IMG/VR virus record: IMGVR_UViG_3300027631_002331
Span: 1 to 64,000 of that record
Reading direction: 5' to 3' (one strand)
Length of the DNA stretch: 64,000 nucleotides
Source: a virus
Shown piece by piece: positions 28,459 to 38,931 of this stretch. The translations under genes were made by a program, and so were the position numbers. Within the stretch, counting starts at the first letter, position 1. Each line of letters opens with the position of its first letter. The notes under the pieces were generated by a model. That model saw only the letters and a program-made list of their open reading frames with translations. It did no database searches and was not told the DNA's origin.

Positions 28459-31404
28459 TTGGCTACACCCACAAAACAGGAACTAGATCAGATTAATGCT
28501 CTACTTAACGATGTACAGAAAAAGTACGATCAGTTAGGAAGATCAAATCCATTTCGAAATTTTGATCAAAAGAATATTGTAGATGCAGGTTCTGCTATTA
28601 AACAATTAGAGGTATCCCTAAAGGGAGTTAATACTGAGTTAAATAATACTAACGATGAATTTTCTAATACCTTTAAATCACTTCAGAGTATAGTTAATGA
28701 ATTAACTAGAGGTAAAGTAGCAACCAATAAAATAACTAACTCTACTAGAACTTTAGAGGATGTAAGTAGTAAGATTTTAGCCCAAAAGAATAAGGGAATA
28801 AAGTTGGATTCAAAGGAACTTATGTCTATGCAGAAAAAAGCAGATATAAGTTTTACAAATCTAAAACAACAAAGGAGTCAAATTGAAGCTTTAAAAGAAG
28901 AAGCTGATTATTCTCTAAAAGTATCAAAATCTAAAATACAAGAGATAGGTACAGCCAAAAACCTCACAGCCGAAAAGAAAAAAGAAAGAGCGGCAGCTGA
29001 AAAATCCCAAACCCAAGCCCTTAATGACTTAGCTGAACACGAAACACGTTTAGGTAATATCAATTCCATATTAGATAAATCCTCAAACTTTCAAGACGTA
29101 ATAGATAAGGGGCTAAAGAGAGAGATTTTAGATAGAAAAGCTATTGAGGGTTCTATTGGTATCACTGGTGGTCTTTTAACTTCACTTTCTAAAGTAACCG
29201 GTATAACTGGTGTATTTGATATTGATAAAATAAAAGCCGAAGCAGAGAAAATAGCAGAGGATGCTATAGATCAGTTTAGACAAGTTAAAGAATATATAAG
29301 AGATGAGGAAGCATTTAACGTTAACATAGATAACGCTAAAACTTCCTTATTAGAAATAAGTAATGTTGCTCTTTTAACTCAACAAGAAGTAATCGAATTA
29401 AAAGATGAATTAAAAACCCTACAAGATAAAGAAGTTAACTTTAAGTTTTCACTTGATCCCGAATTTGATAAAGCCGCAAAAGCCAAAATTGAAAACGATA
29501 TTGCTGAGGTTCAAGAGCTTATAGAATTAGGTACTGAGGGAAGTAGAAAAATAAGGGTAGATAAATTAGAGGGAGATTTAGAAAAAGCTCAAAAAGGTCT
29601 AGAAGGTCTAGAATCAGCAGCAAGAAACGCATCTAACTCTATGTCTAGCCAATTTAAAAAGTTAGGCAAAACACTAGGTTTAACATTTGAAGGTCTAGCC
29701 AATTCTATCAAATCACCAGAAGCTATATTCACTGCTCTTATAGCTATAGCAGGTGAAGTAAATGGGCAAGTAGTTGATTTATCTAAAAGTATGAACGTAT
29801 CATACGATGAAGCCCAAAATGTAAGAGAAGAATTCGCTCAAATTACTCTAGCCTCTGGGGAGACTGTTATAAACACCCAAAGGTTAGTAGAGGCACAAAT
29901 GCAGTTTAACGAAGCCTTAGGTTTAACAGGTAAAATCATACCTGAAAATGCAGCATCACAAAGTAAACTTACTAATCAGTTAGGTATAGGTGTTGATTCA
30001 GCTACAAAACTTAGACAAATAGCAGAGTCTACAGGTGAAGATTTTAGAGAACAAACCCTCGCTCAATACGAAACTGTAAGTGCTTTATCAGCACAAAAAG
30101 GTGTTGCTATAAACGTTAAGGGGGTAATGGATGAAGTTGGTAAAGCCGGTGCTTATGGTTTAGCTCAATTCCAAGGTTCTGTAGTAGCATTAACTGAAGG
30201 TGTAGCACAAGCAAAAGCATTAGGTTTAAGTTTAGATCAAGTAAACTCAATAGCAGGTAAGTTAATGGATTTTGAATCATCCATAAACGCAGAACTACAA
30301 GCAGAGTTATTATTAGGTAAAGATATTAATCTAGAAAAAGCTAGATTAGCAGCCCTAAATAATGATCAGAAAACATTAATGGAGGAGATTAATCGTGAAA
30401 TGGGAACATTTGAAGATTTCTCTAAAATGAATAGAATACAACAGGAAGCAATGGCTGATGCCATTGGTATGTCTGTTGATGGGTTATCCGAATCCTTACT
30501 GATGCAACAGTATGGGGAAATGAATCAAGCCGAAATAGTTGCTTTAAAGGGAGAAGAAGTTGCCAAACAAGTAGAAATGGTAAAATCACAAGAAGCATTT
30601 CAAAATATGATTTTAGCTATGAAAGGTACACTTGCTGATATAGCAGCTGGACCTCTTGGTGATATGGCTAATTTAGTAACAAGTCTATTAAGTAATTCAA
30701 CAGCAATGTATGGTATTATGGGGGCGTTAGCTATAGGTCCTTTAACTTCTATTGGAAAAAGTTTAAAATCAGCTTATGGTTTCTCAAAAGCAATGCTGGC
30801 ATCTCAAAAAAGTCAATTAATCATAGAAACTGCTATGGGGGCCAAAGCTAAAATATCAGCAGCCTTCGCAGCAGCAAGAACAGCAGCAATAAATCCCTTA
30901 TTGGGGGTAGCAGCGGTTGCTGGTGCTGTTTTAGCCTATAAGGGTATCCAAGCTTTAACAATGGATGATGGTATTATACCTGGACAGGGTAAAGTTGTTT
31001 CAACACCTAAAGATAAAATAGCATTTAAATCTGGATATGGTAAACGTGTATTATCATCACCTGAAGGTAAAATAGCATTTAACGATAAAGATACAATCGT
31101 AGCAGGTACAAACCTAGAACAAAATATGACCACTAATAATAATGGTCAATCAATACAAAACTCAGTAACTACAAATCAACCAACACAAAACTCAGTTATT
31201 AATAGACCTACTACAAATAGTATGGTTTCAAATAACCAAAATACAACACAACCTATAGCACCAGTTAGTAACGCTATGATGGAAGGTGAGTTAAAAGCAA
31301 TAAAAAGAGTATTAGAAAACATAGCAACTAAAGAAGGAACAGTAAGTATGAATGGAACTAAGTTCGGAACTGTAACAGCTATGAACACTTACCAAATTCA
31401 ATAA
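28459..31404 (+). CDS. tape measure protein
   Basis: 981 aa, helical/coiled-coil, Ala/Gly-rich hydrophobic C-terminal part, TTG start, canonical position. Confidence 0.85.
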   Translation: MATPTKQELDQINALLNDVQKKYDQLGRSNPFRNFDQKNIVDAGSAIKQLEVSLKGVNTELNNTNDEFSNTFKSLQSIVNELTRGKVATNKITNSTRTLEDVSSKILAQKNKGIKLDSKELMSMQKKADISFTNLKQQRSQIEALKEEADYSLKVSKSKIQEIGTAKNLTAEKKKERAAAEKSQTQALNDLAEHETRLGNINSILDKSSNFQDVIDKGLKREILDRKAIEGSIGITGGLLTSLSKVTGITGVFDIDKIKAEAEKIAEDAIDQFRQVKEYIRDEEAFNVNIDNAKTSLLEISNVALLTQQEVIELKDELKTLQDKEVNFKFSLDPEFDKAAKAKIENDIAEVQELIELGTEGSRKIRVDKLEGDLEKAQKGLEGLESAARNASNSMSSQFKKLGKTLGLTFEGLANSIKSPEAIFTALIAIAGEVNGQVVDLSKSMNVSYDEAQNVREEFAQITLASGETVINTQRLVEAQMQFNEALGLTGKIIPENAASQSKLTNQLGIGVDSATKLRQIAESTGEDFREQTLAQYETVSALSAQKGVAINVKGVMDEVGKAGAYGLAQFQGSVVALTEGVAQAKALGLSLDQVNSIAGKLMDFESSINAELQAELLLGKDINLEKARLAALNNDQKTLMEEINREMGTFEDFSKMNRIQQEAMADAIGMSVDGLSESLLMQQYGEMNQAEIVALKGEEVAKQVEMVKSQEAFQNMILAMKGTLADIAAGPLGDMANLVTSLLSNSTAMYGIMGALAIGPLTSIGKSLKSAYGFSKAMLASQKSQLIIETAMGAKAKISAAFAAARTAAINPLLGVAAVAGAVLAYKGIQALTMDDGIIPGQGKVVSTPKDKIAFKSGYGKRVLSSPEGKIAFNDKDTIVAGTNLEQNMTTNNNGQSIQNSVTTNQPTQNSVINRPTTNSMVSNNQNTTQPIAPVSNAMMEGELKAIKRVLENIATKEGTVSMNGTKFGTVTAMNTYQIQ

Positions 31405-31412
31405 TATTTATA
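31405..31412 (+). promoter_or_regulatory. TATTTATA putative late promoter
   Basis: Directly after the tape measure stop. Confidence 0.6.
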
Positions 31413-31443
31413 ATAAATCAATAATAACTAAAAACAATAAATT

Positions 31444-31644
31444 ATGGCTGATTACAAAGGACTTGAAGACCGCTTAGTAAGAGCAGGATCTCCAAAATCT
31501 GTAAACAACGGTAGTATTCCAACAACTGCAAACCTAGCATCTGGAATCATCCCAATCAACAATACTTTTTCTAAAGGTCAATATAAGGACTATGTATTAG
31601 ACTCAGGAGTAACAGTAGATCAAGCAGCAGACTTAACAGATTAA
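31444..31644 (+). CDS. hypothetical protein
   Basis: 66 aa ORF behind the motif. Confidence 0.65.
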   Translation: MADYKGLEDRLVRAGSPKSVNNGSIPTTANLASGIIPINNTFSKGQYKDYVLDSGVTVDQAADLTD

Positions 31645-31667
31645 TTAATAAATTAATCTAGAGTTAT

Positions 31668-33827
31668 ATGGGACTGTTCAAAGATGAACCTGTTAGTTGG
31701 GATAAAATTAATGGACTAAGAGATAGATCTGGAAATCATTTCCAGAGACATCTCACTCCTTGGTCTGTTGGTGGTAATATAGGTAACCAATCCCAAGTAG
31801 AACCCTTTATTTGGACTGGGCTTCCTCCTTTAGAGGATGAGTGGTCAGGTAAGGAGGAAACCGACTTTCTGCTTAGAAACGGAACTTTAAAGGATTCTGC
31901 TACTGATATAACTCGCATATCCAAACTATTAACATTAACAACAAGAGGTAAACTATTTTCAGTTAAACAAAACCTACTATCAAGATTAGGAGTTGCTACT
32001 GAGGCCTCTGGAATCCTTAACGAGGGTGTTTATTTACCAACTTCAACGTTAGCTCAAGTAGGTGTTGTTGGTTTAGGCGGTCACCTTAATAAACAAGGTG
32101 TTAATCCCTTTAGAAAAACAGGAGAGGTAGATAACCCAGATGATGGTAACACAATCTTAGGATTTGATGTTACTAACCCCTTAGGTTTACCCGCATATGC
32201 TCAAGTAGTTAGAAGAGATCAAGAAACTGGAAAAAATAGATTAGTAGGTTACTTTAATAACAAGATTAATAGAACCCAAAAACCATCTAGTGGTACTACC
32301 CCATCTTTTACTGATAAGTTAAAAAATAGGTTTATTAAACTTGATGGACCTAATATTTTAGATTCATATAGTGGAGGACCTGGATCTGTTGTAGGTGTAG
32401 GTTATACTACAATCAGGATGTCGCCTGAACAACGTACAGGTAAAAATAACGTTATTTTAGATCAATCTAAATTCTTTGCACATACCGAAGATAAAGATAC
32501 TCCATCCGATATAGCATCATCAGTATTATCCTTTACATCAAATATATTTGGTTTTCCTACAATCCCAAAGGCAACTGGTGAAGATTTCTCTATAGGTTCA
32601 TATACTGATTACTCAGTATTTAAAAGACCTAGTAGTATTGCTATTAAAGGTGCTCAAATATTTAATGAAAATGCTTCACTATCAAGAAGGTATGAAAAGT
32701 TAACTAAAGAATCTACATTCTTAAATAGAGTAACAACAACTAACGAGATTAAATCTCTACAGTTGTTTAGTAATTCAGTATATAAGAAAGATGATGATGG
32801 TAGTATTACGTTAGATACTAACCAAGATATTGCTAACCCAACAAAATCTTTATCATCTACCTTAACACAAGAGCAGTTAAGAGAACTTCCTCAAAGTCTA
32901 GGTCCTATAATAAGACCTGATTTTAGAAAATCACTTACTAAAAAACCCACTGAAACTATATCTAACTCCCTAAACTATGAAACCCAAAACATAGTAAATA
33001 GAGTAGGTGTAGGTGATCCTGGAAAACGTGGTGATATAAGTGATTACCAATTAGGTAAAAGGATTGATGGGAAAACACTCCCAGTAGATAAAATAACAGC
33101 ACACTCAATATATAGATCAGGATTAACTGCTAAAAACGATTCATCACTTAACGATTTAGTTAAGTTTAGAATAGCATCAGTTGATCCAGAAAACCCATCA
33201 AGAAGTAACTACATACACTTTAGAGCATTTTTAGGATCATTTTCTGATAGTTATAACTCATCTTGGTCATCACAAAAGTTTATGGGTAGAGCTGAAAACT
33301 TCTATAACTATGAAGGATTCGATCGTTCTATCTCTATGAACTGGACAGTCCCAGCTCAAAGTAAAAACGAATTGATGATAATGCATCAAAAACTAAACTA
33401 CCTAGCATCTAACTTAGCACCCGATTATGTGAATGATAGATATATGGCTGGACCTTTAGTAAGATTAACTGTAGGTGGATACCTATATGAACAATATGGT
33501 TTTATAGAATCACTTTCACTTAATATACCAGATAACTCACCATGGGAAATAGCAGTTGCTGGTGCACCTGAAGGTGGTACTGAAATAGAAGGTGGTGGTG
33601 GTCTTAGACACGATACAAGTGTTAAAGAACTACCTCATGTTTTAGAAGCATCTATATCATTTAAACCAATACATGATTTTGTAGTTCAAAAACAAAAACT
33701 TGGGTTTGAAAATGGTACAGTATCTTCATATGGTTTACAACGATATATCGCTCTAGCAGCATCAAAACCTACAAATACAGGATATAACGTAAATAAGACT
33801 AAACCTGAAAATACAGGCAAACAATGA
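31668..33827 (+). CDS. baseplate / tube-initiator-like protein
   Basis: C-terminal FRAFL..FSDSY..W...MGRAENFYNYEGFDRSISM..PLVRLTVG..GFIESLSL..PWE; follows tape measure. Confidence 0.6.
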   Translation: MGLFKDEPVSWDKINGLRDRSGNHFQRHLTPWSVGGNIGNQSQVEPFIWTGLPPLEDEWSGKEETDFLLRNGTLKDSATDITRISKLLTLTTRGKLFSVKQNLLSRLGVATEASGILNEGVYLPTSTLAQVGVVGLGGHLNKQGVNPFRKTGEVDNPDDGNTILGFDVTNPLGLPAYAQVVRRDQETGKNRLVGYFNNKINRTQKPSSGTTPSFTDKLKNRFIKLDGPNILDSYSGGPGSVVGVGYTTIRMSPEQRTGKNNVILDQSKFFAHTEDKDTPSDIASSVLSFTSNIFGFPTIPKATGEDFSIGSYTDYSVFKRPSSIAIKGAQIFNENASLSRRYEKLTKESTFLNRVTTTNEIKSLQLFSNSVYKKDDDGSITLDTNQDIANPTKSLSSTLTQEQLRELPQSLGPIIRPDFRKSLTKKPTETISNSLNYETQNIVNRVGVGDPGKRGDISDYQLGKRIDGKTLPVDKITAHSIYRSGLTAKNDSSLNDLVKFRIASVDPENPSRSNYIHFRAFLGSFSDSYNSSWSSQKFMGRAENFYNYEGFDRSISMNWTVPAQSKNELMIMHQKLNYLASNLAPDYVNDRYMAGPLVRLTVGGYLYEQYGFIESLSLNIPDNSPWEIAVAGAPEGGTEIEGGGGLRHDTSVKELPHVLEASISFKPIHDFVVQKQKLGFENGTVSSYGLQRYIALAASKPTNTGYNVNKTKPENTGKQ

Positions 33828-34123
33828 ATAGATACATAGACCAACCAATCACTACAGGTAGTATGGGTAACCAGATGTATACAACTACAAAATATCAAAA
33901 AATCCCTTTGAGTTTTGAAGATTTGTATGTATATTCTACTATAGGTGACAGGTATGATGAATTAGCATTACAATATTATAACGATTCAACTCTTTGGTGG
34001 GTTATATCTATGGCAAACGATACACTAGATCAATCAACATACTTCCCACCAACAGGAATACAACTAAGAATACCAGCAAATCTATCAGGCATTCTATCAA
34101 ATTTTAAAGTTTTAAATGAATAA
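33824..34123 (+). CDS. LysM-like baseplate protein
   Basis: GDRYDELALQYYNDSTLWWVISMAN...GIQLRIP. Confidence 0.8.
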   Translation: MNRYIDQPITTGSMGNQMYTTTKYQKIPLSFEDLYVYSTIGDRYDELALQYYNDSTLWWVISMANDTLDQSTYFPPTGIQLRIPANLSGILSNFKVLNE

Positions 34124-34125
34124 TC

Positions 34126-36507
34126 ATGGCTCAAAATCAGACTCCAATAGTTGGTGAACCATTTAAGGATTATGTAAATAGTCAAATAACCGCCAGACAA
34201 AAAATATATGGTTCAGGGTTTTCTTCTAATAGAACACCTGAACAAATGACCTACCTTAACTCCAATGTTCCTTGGATTAAAATGGCATCATCTGTAGATT
34301 TAAGTAATGATAATGATGGTAAAAATAGACTAAAAAAACTAGGTCTTGGTGGGGATTATGCAAAGGGGACCCACTTAGCAAAACAATCAGTATTATTTAA
34401 TGGTTTAACTCCCCTCGATGGTAATATGAGAGCTGGAGTAGCCCAATCTAATACCTTAATAAACAACTCAGCATATGGTTTTGGTGGTACAGAATTCGGT
34501 TTAAAATCACTACCTGGTATCACTAGTATAGATATAACACCTGTGAATAGGGGTTCTATTAAACAAGCAAATGTTAATATAAAAGCATATAATAAATTCC
34601 AATTTGAGTTAATAGAAACCTTATATTTAAGATTAGGTTTTACTATTATGCTTGAATGGGGTAATTCAATATATGTTGATAACAATAATAATGTTGTTAG
34701 ATCTAATACTACTTTAATAGATGACTTCTTTTTCAATGGGAACGGATCACATTTAGATGTTTTAAGTAAAATAGAACAACAAAGACAAAGTAAACAAGGT
34801 AATTATGATGCTTTATTTGCTAAAGTAGCAAACTTTAATTGGACATATCAACCAGATGGGAGTTATGATATTTCTATAAAACTAACTTCATTAGGGGATG
34901 TAGTTGAAAGTTTTAAAGTTAATTTATTACCCCCTAACTCACAAATAGATGAATCCAAACTAAAAGGAGAATCTAATAATGGGGATGATATAACTGATGA
35001 TAAAGTAAATCAAAACGCTATATCTAACTTTTTACAAGTAATCAAATCTAAATACACAGATGAGGACTTTAATAATAGGGAAAGTGGTGTTATAAAGATA
35101 AATGAGAAAGCTACAACAACAGGAGTTATTTTCACATCTTCAACCCCACTTGAAGGTAGGTTATATATGAGATTAGGAACTCTATTAGAGTTTATAGAAA
35201 AGGAAATATTAATTCATATGTCCAACGGAACTCCTTCAAGTTGTTTTCCTATGTTTTACATAAATACATCTACTGATTGTATTATGAAATCAAAACCAAA
35301 ACTTATATCAGTAGAACCCCAAACTTGTATTATTAGACCTAATTTTAGATTAATAGGTATAGAAACCCCAAAATGGACTGAGGTTATGAATGATTTCGAT
35401 ACTGGTGCCTCTGATGGTAGTATGGGCTTCATACATAATGTTTATCTTAATTTTTCATTTATTGAAAAAATATTATCTTCAAATATAGATAAAGAAGGTA
35501 ATCTTTCTTTTTATTCTTTCCTTACTGGTATATTAGGTGGTATTAATAGAAGTTTATCTAATATATGTAATTTAGAAACTACAATTAATGAAGAAAAAAA
35601 TGAACTAATAATAAGAGATCAAAAGTTAGCACCTCGTTTAACTAAAAGTGGAATACTACCTGACTCCCAAAAATCAAATATTATCGAAGTTGCTGGTTTT
35701 AATGGTGATCAATCTAACTTTGTTAAAGGTTATTCCTTTAAAACCCAAATAACATCAAAATTAGCTACCACAATTAGTATAGGAGCAACAGCTAATAATA
35801 ATGTAGCTAATGAAGACGCAACTGCTTTTTCAAAATGGAATAATGGTTTAATAGATAGGTTTAATCAATCCTCAACTATAGGAACACCAGATGCTTGTGT
35901 TGTTAAAAAACCAAGCTTTACCCCAACTGAAAAACCAAAACCAAAAGACTTTCCTTGGGAAGTATTCTTCGCAGTAGCCACACCAGGATTATATAATCTA
36001 GCTAATAGTATCTCAGGTTGGTTTAGTAACAATAAAGAAAAAAATGAAAATAATAAAAAACTAAGAGAGGAATGGAATAATAGTTTAGATACCTACCTTC
36101 AAGCATGTTTTTCCGAACGATATACTAAAATAAAGGGAGGAATGGGTCAAGGAGGTAAACAAAAAACAGAGTCGTTTATGGGTAAAAAATATTTCCAAAA
36201 CGATCCTGATTTTATACAAAAAGGTAAAAATATTCTAAAAAACTACGTTACTATTGAGGATATAGTTAAATCAGAAGAAAAGAATAAACCAACATCAAAT
36301 ATAGGTTTTATCCCTATTGAACTTTCTTTGGATATAATAGGTATGTCTGGTATAAAAATATACAACCAACTAAGATTAAATACAGATTTTTTACCTTATA
36401 ACTATCCTAAGGTTATGGAGTTTGTAGTTATGGGTATAAATCATAAGGTAGATAGTAGTGGTTGGTCAACATCTATAAATGCTATAGCTAAACCTAAAAG
36501 TGAATAA
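34126..36507 (+). CDS. baseplate hub-like protein
   Basis: 793 aa after LysM gene; ends IGMSGIKI..F.VMGINHKVDSSGWSTSINA, typical of hub C-termini. Confidence 0.6.
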   Translation: MAQNQTPIVGEPFKDYVNSQITARQKIYGSGFSSNRTPEQMTYLNSNVPWIKMASSVDLSNDNDGKNRLKKLGLGGDYAKGTHLAKQSVLFNGLTPLDGNMRAGVAQSNTLINNSAYGFGGTEFGLKSLPGITSIDITPVNRGSIKQANVNIKAYNKFQFELIETLYLRLGFTIMLEWGNSIYVDNNNNVVRSNTTLIDDFFFNGNGSHLDVLSKIEQQRQSKQGNYDALFAKVANFNWTYQPDGSYDISIKLTSLGDVVESFKVNLLPPNSQIDESKLKGESNNGDDITDDKVNQNAISNFLQVIKSKYTDEDFNNRESGVIKINEKATTTGVIFTSSTPLEGRLYMRLGTLLEFIEKEILIHMSNGTPSSCFPMFYINTSTDCIMKSKPKLISVEPQTCIIRPNFRLIGIETPKWTEVMNDFDTGASDGSMGFIHNVYLNFSFIEKILSSNIDKEGNLSFYSFLTGILGGINRSLSNICNLETTINEEKNELIIRDQKLAPRLTKSGILPDSQKSNIIEVAGFNGDQSNFVKGYSFKTQITSKLATTISIGATANNNVANEDATAFSKWNNGLIDRFNQSSTIGTPDACVVKKPSFTPTEKPKPKDFPWEVFFAVATPGLYNLANSISGWFSNNKEKNENNKKLREEWNNSLDTYLQACFSERYTKIKGGMGQGGKQKTESFMGKKYFQNDPDFIQKGKNILKNYVTIEDIVKSEEKNKPTSNIGFIPIELSLDIIGMSGIKIYNQLRLNTDFLPYNYPKVMEFVVMGINHKVDSSGWSTSINAIAKPKSE

Positions 36508-36510
36508 TCA

Positions 36511-37089
36511 ATGTCATATTATCCCAAATCACAAATAAAAACTGATCTTTTTACTAATGGTAAAGAGTTCATACGATTTGATAACGATTTACCTTATGTT
36601 GGGTCGTATTGGAGGGCATCAAATGGTGAAGTGTTTAGTGGTAAAACCCCAGACGATAAACCAACTATTAAGCTATTACCAATACCAAAACCAATAGAAC
36701 AAACCCCACTAAATACAACTACTGAGTGGACTGTTAACTACCCATCTGAAATAGTAAATAAAACACCAGGTCAAGTACCTAAAAATCATATATTCCAACC
36801 CCTACCTGAAGAGTTATATTTAGGACAAGCATCTCGCTACTTTACTAAAAAGTCAAACCAGAAAATATATTTCGAAATATCTAAGGATACTTTTAGAAAA
36901 CTATCAACTAAATCAATCGATATATTATTCCAACTATATACCCCTATCACTATGATTTGGAGATTAGAAGGAAACGATGATGAGGTATTTGAAGCAAATC
37001 TTAATACAGCTAAAGATATCCAAAATAGACAGCAACTACCAGGCTTTGTAAACTCATTCAAAGGTATGTTTGTTTATCCAAAAAAGTGA
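36511..37089 (+). CDS. hypothetical protein (end of structural block)
   Basis: 192 aa; YTNG-like/YVGSY and RYF motifs. Confidence 0.65.
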   Translation: MSYYPKSQIKTDLFTNGKEFIRFDNDLPYVGSYWRASNGEVFSGKTPDDKPTIKLLPIPKPIEQTPLNTTTEWTVNYPSEIVNKTPGQVPKNHIFQPLPEELYLGQASRYFTKKSNQKIYFEISKDTFRKLSTKSIDILFQLYTPITMIWRLEGNDDEVFEANLNTAKDIQNRQQLPGFVNSFKGMFVYPKK

Positions 37090-37097
37090 CGTATATT
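37069..37097 (+). promoter_or_regulatory. TTTG-N17-CGTATATT promoter-like motif
   Basis: Upstream of polymerase ATG 37120. Confidence 0.55.
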
Positions 37098-37119
37098 GAG
37101 ATAAACAAAAAGGTTATAA

Positions 37120-38385
37120 ATGTACTGGTTAATAGAGGACTTAGAGCAACTTAAAACGTTTTATAACAGCGGTTATAAAAAGGCGTATATTGAAATCATA
37201 TCAAATAACGATCAGATACACCCAGCCATAAACGATTTATGTGCTGTTTATATTAGACCATTAGAGGCATCAAAAGGTTTTATGTTATGTACTTCACATA
37301 GCGAGGCTATAAACGTTGAAAAAGATTGGGTTTATAAAATCCTACAAAAGTTTGATGTTTTATATTGTAAAAACAAAAAACAACTCCTACACTATTTTAT
37401 TCTACAAAACCTAGAGGATATCTTATTACCTCCTAGTAATATTGACTTACCAAATATACCAACTTACGATATAATGTATCGTAAATACCATAAACTAAAT
37501 AACGTAAATACACTTGTGCCTCTAGTTAAACACTATGAGTGGTGTGAGTCTATATATAATGAAGTTAAACCACTAATACACCAAGAAAAAACACCATATT
37601 ATGAGTTCTATAACACTAAAGCAAGTGTGGTATTCAACGCCATCGAACGGAATGGGATCGGTATCAATCCCCAATTATTCAGTGAACACTTTTACCCTAC
37701 CAAAGCAGATACAGTTCACACACAATTCAACCTCAACACTACCACTACAAGACCATCTAACAAGTTTAAAGGAGTAAATTATGCAGCACTTAATAAGAAA
37801 AATGGTGAAAGACGATGTTTTATACCTAAAAACGATGAATTCATTGAACTTGATGTTATTGCCTATCATCCTTCTATTGCAGCTAGTCTTATTGATTATA
37901 CTTTTCCCACCTCTGATATTCATACACACTTTGCTGAAATGTATAGGGTGGATAGGAATAAAGCTAAGGAATTAACGTTTAAACAACTCTATGGAGGTAT
38001 ATTTAAAGAATATAAGGATTTACCCTTCTTTAGAGATTTACAAACGTTTATGGATAAACTATGGTACCAGTTTCAAAATGAGGGTTATATTGAATGCCCT
38101 ATATCCCAATATAGATTTTATAAGGATAATTTAGAGAATATGAATAGTAATAAACTATTTAATTACTTGTTACAACACCTAGAAACGAGTCAGAATATCT
38201 TGGCTATATGGGATATTTTTCGTATATTAAAGGGTAAGAAAAGTAAGATAGTTTTATACACATATGATTCAATATTAATTGACTACAACAAGGAAGAGGA
38301 TATAATAGACGATATTCAACAAATATTTACTAATCATGGTTTAAACACCAGCAAAACAAAAGGTTATGACTACGATTTTGACTAA
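37120..38385 (+). CDS. compact family-A DNA polymerase-like protein
   Basis: TTTTRPS; motif A IELDVIAYHP; DIH; motif B KAKELTFKQLYGG; motif C LYTYDSILID. Confidence 0.8.
   Translation: MYWLIEDLEQLKTFYNSGYKKAYIEIISNNDQIHPAINDLCAVYIRPLEASKGFMLCTSHSEAINVEKDWVYKILQKFDVLYCKNKKQLLHYFILQNLEDILLPPSNIDLPNIPTYDIMYRKYHKLNNVNTLVPLVKHYEWCESIYNEVKPLIHQEKTPYYEFYNTKASVVFNAIERNGIGINPQLFSEHFYPTKADTVHTQFNLNTTTTRPSNKFKGVNYAALNKKNGERRCFIPKNDEFIELDVIAYHPSIAASLIDYTFPTSDIHTHFAEMYRVDRNKAKELTFKQLYGGIFKEYKDLPFFRDLQTFMDKLWYQFQNEGYIECPISQYRFYKDNLENMNSNKLFNYLLQHLETSQNILAIWDIFRILKGKKSKIVLYTYDSILIDYNKEEDIIDDIQQIFTNHGLNTSKTKGYDYDFD
38200..38228 (+). promoter_or_regulatory. TTGG-N17-CGTATATT motif (intragenic)
   Basis: TTGG 38200-38203 and CGTATATT 38221-38228. 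Confidence 0.5.
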
Positions 38386-38848
38386 CAGTACCTATATGTA
38401 TAACGAATCAACCAATATTGGTTATGATTATAATACAATAGACGATATAACAATGGGTTATAACAACAAACTACTAGTTAGTTTTACAACACGAGAAGAT
38501 ATAGACGATTTAATATCTGGAATCACTTCAACATACAACATACTATACAATAAAATATTTGCTCTAGAGATAGTGGGCACTGATGATTTAGTCATTAGTT
38601 ATAACATTGATCATGGTAATGTAACATCTATCCCAGATAATACTATTCTAGTACATAGAAAAAAAGATAGTAATACACTATATACCATAAACGCTCTAAA
38701 CGAGTTGATTAAAAAGTTAAACGGTGGAGTAGTAGATACCAAATTCCCGATTGATTGGAATCACTATAGAAACTGTATACTGTTAACTCAACATAACGAG
38801 TTAAAACAGTTAAATACGAAAATACATCGTATTATTGAGGTAAAATAA
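38366..38848 (+). CDS. hypothetical protein (true start may be 38453)
   Basis: NTILVHRKKDSNTLYTINALN; TATGTATA at 38395 suggests a downstream start. Confidence 0.7.
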   Translation: MTTILTNSTYMYNESTNIGYDYNTIDDITMGYNNKLLVSFTTREDIDDLISGITSTYNILYNKIFALEIVGTDDLVISYNIDHGNVTSIPDNTILVHRKKDSNTLYTINALNELIKKLNGGVVDTKFPIDWNHYRNCILLTQHNELKQLNTKIHRIIEVK

Positions 38849-38871
38849 ATACAAAAAAACATACAAATAAT

Positions 38872-38900
38872 TTGGCTCCCGTAGGGAGCCATCGTATATT
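38872..38900 (+). promoter_or_regulatory. hairpin plus TTGG-N17-CGTATATT motif
   Basis: TGGCTCCC-GTA-GGGAGCCA stem; CGTATATT at 38893. Confidence 0.65.
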
Positions 38901-38931
38901 ATAACATACATAAACATTAAATAATAGTTAT

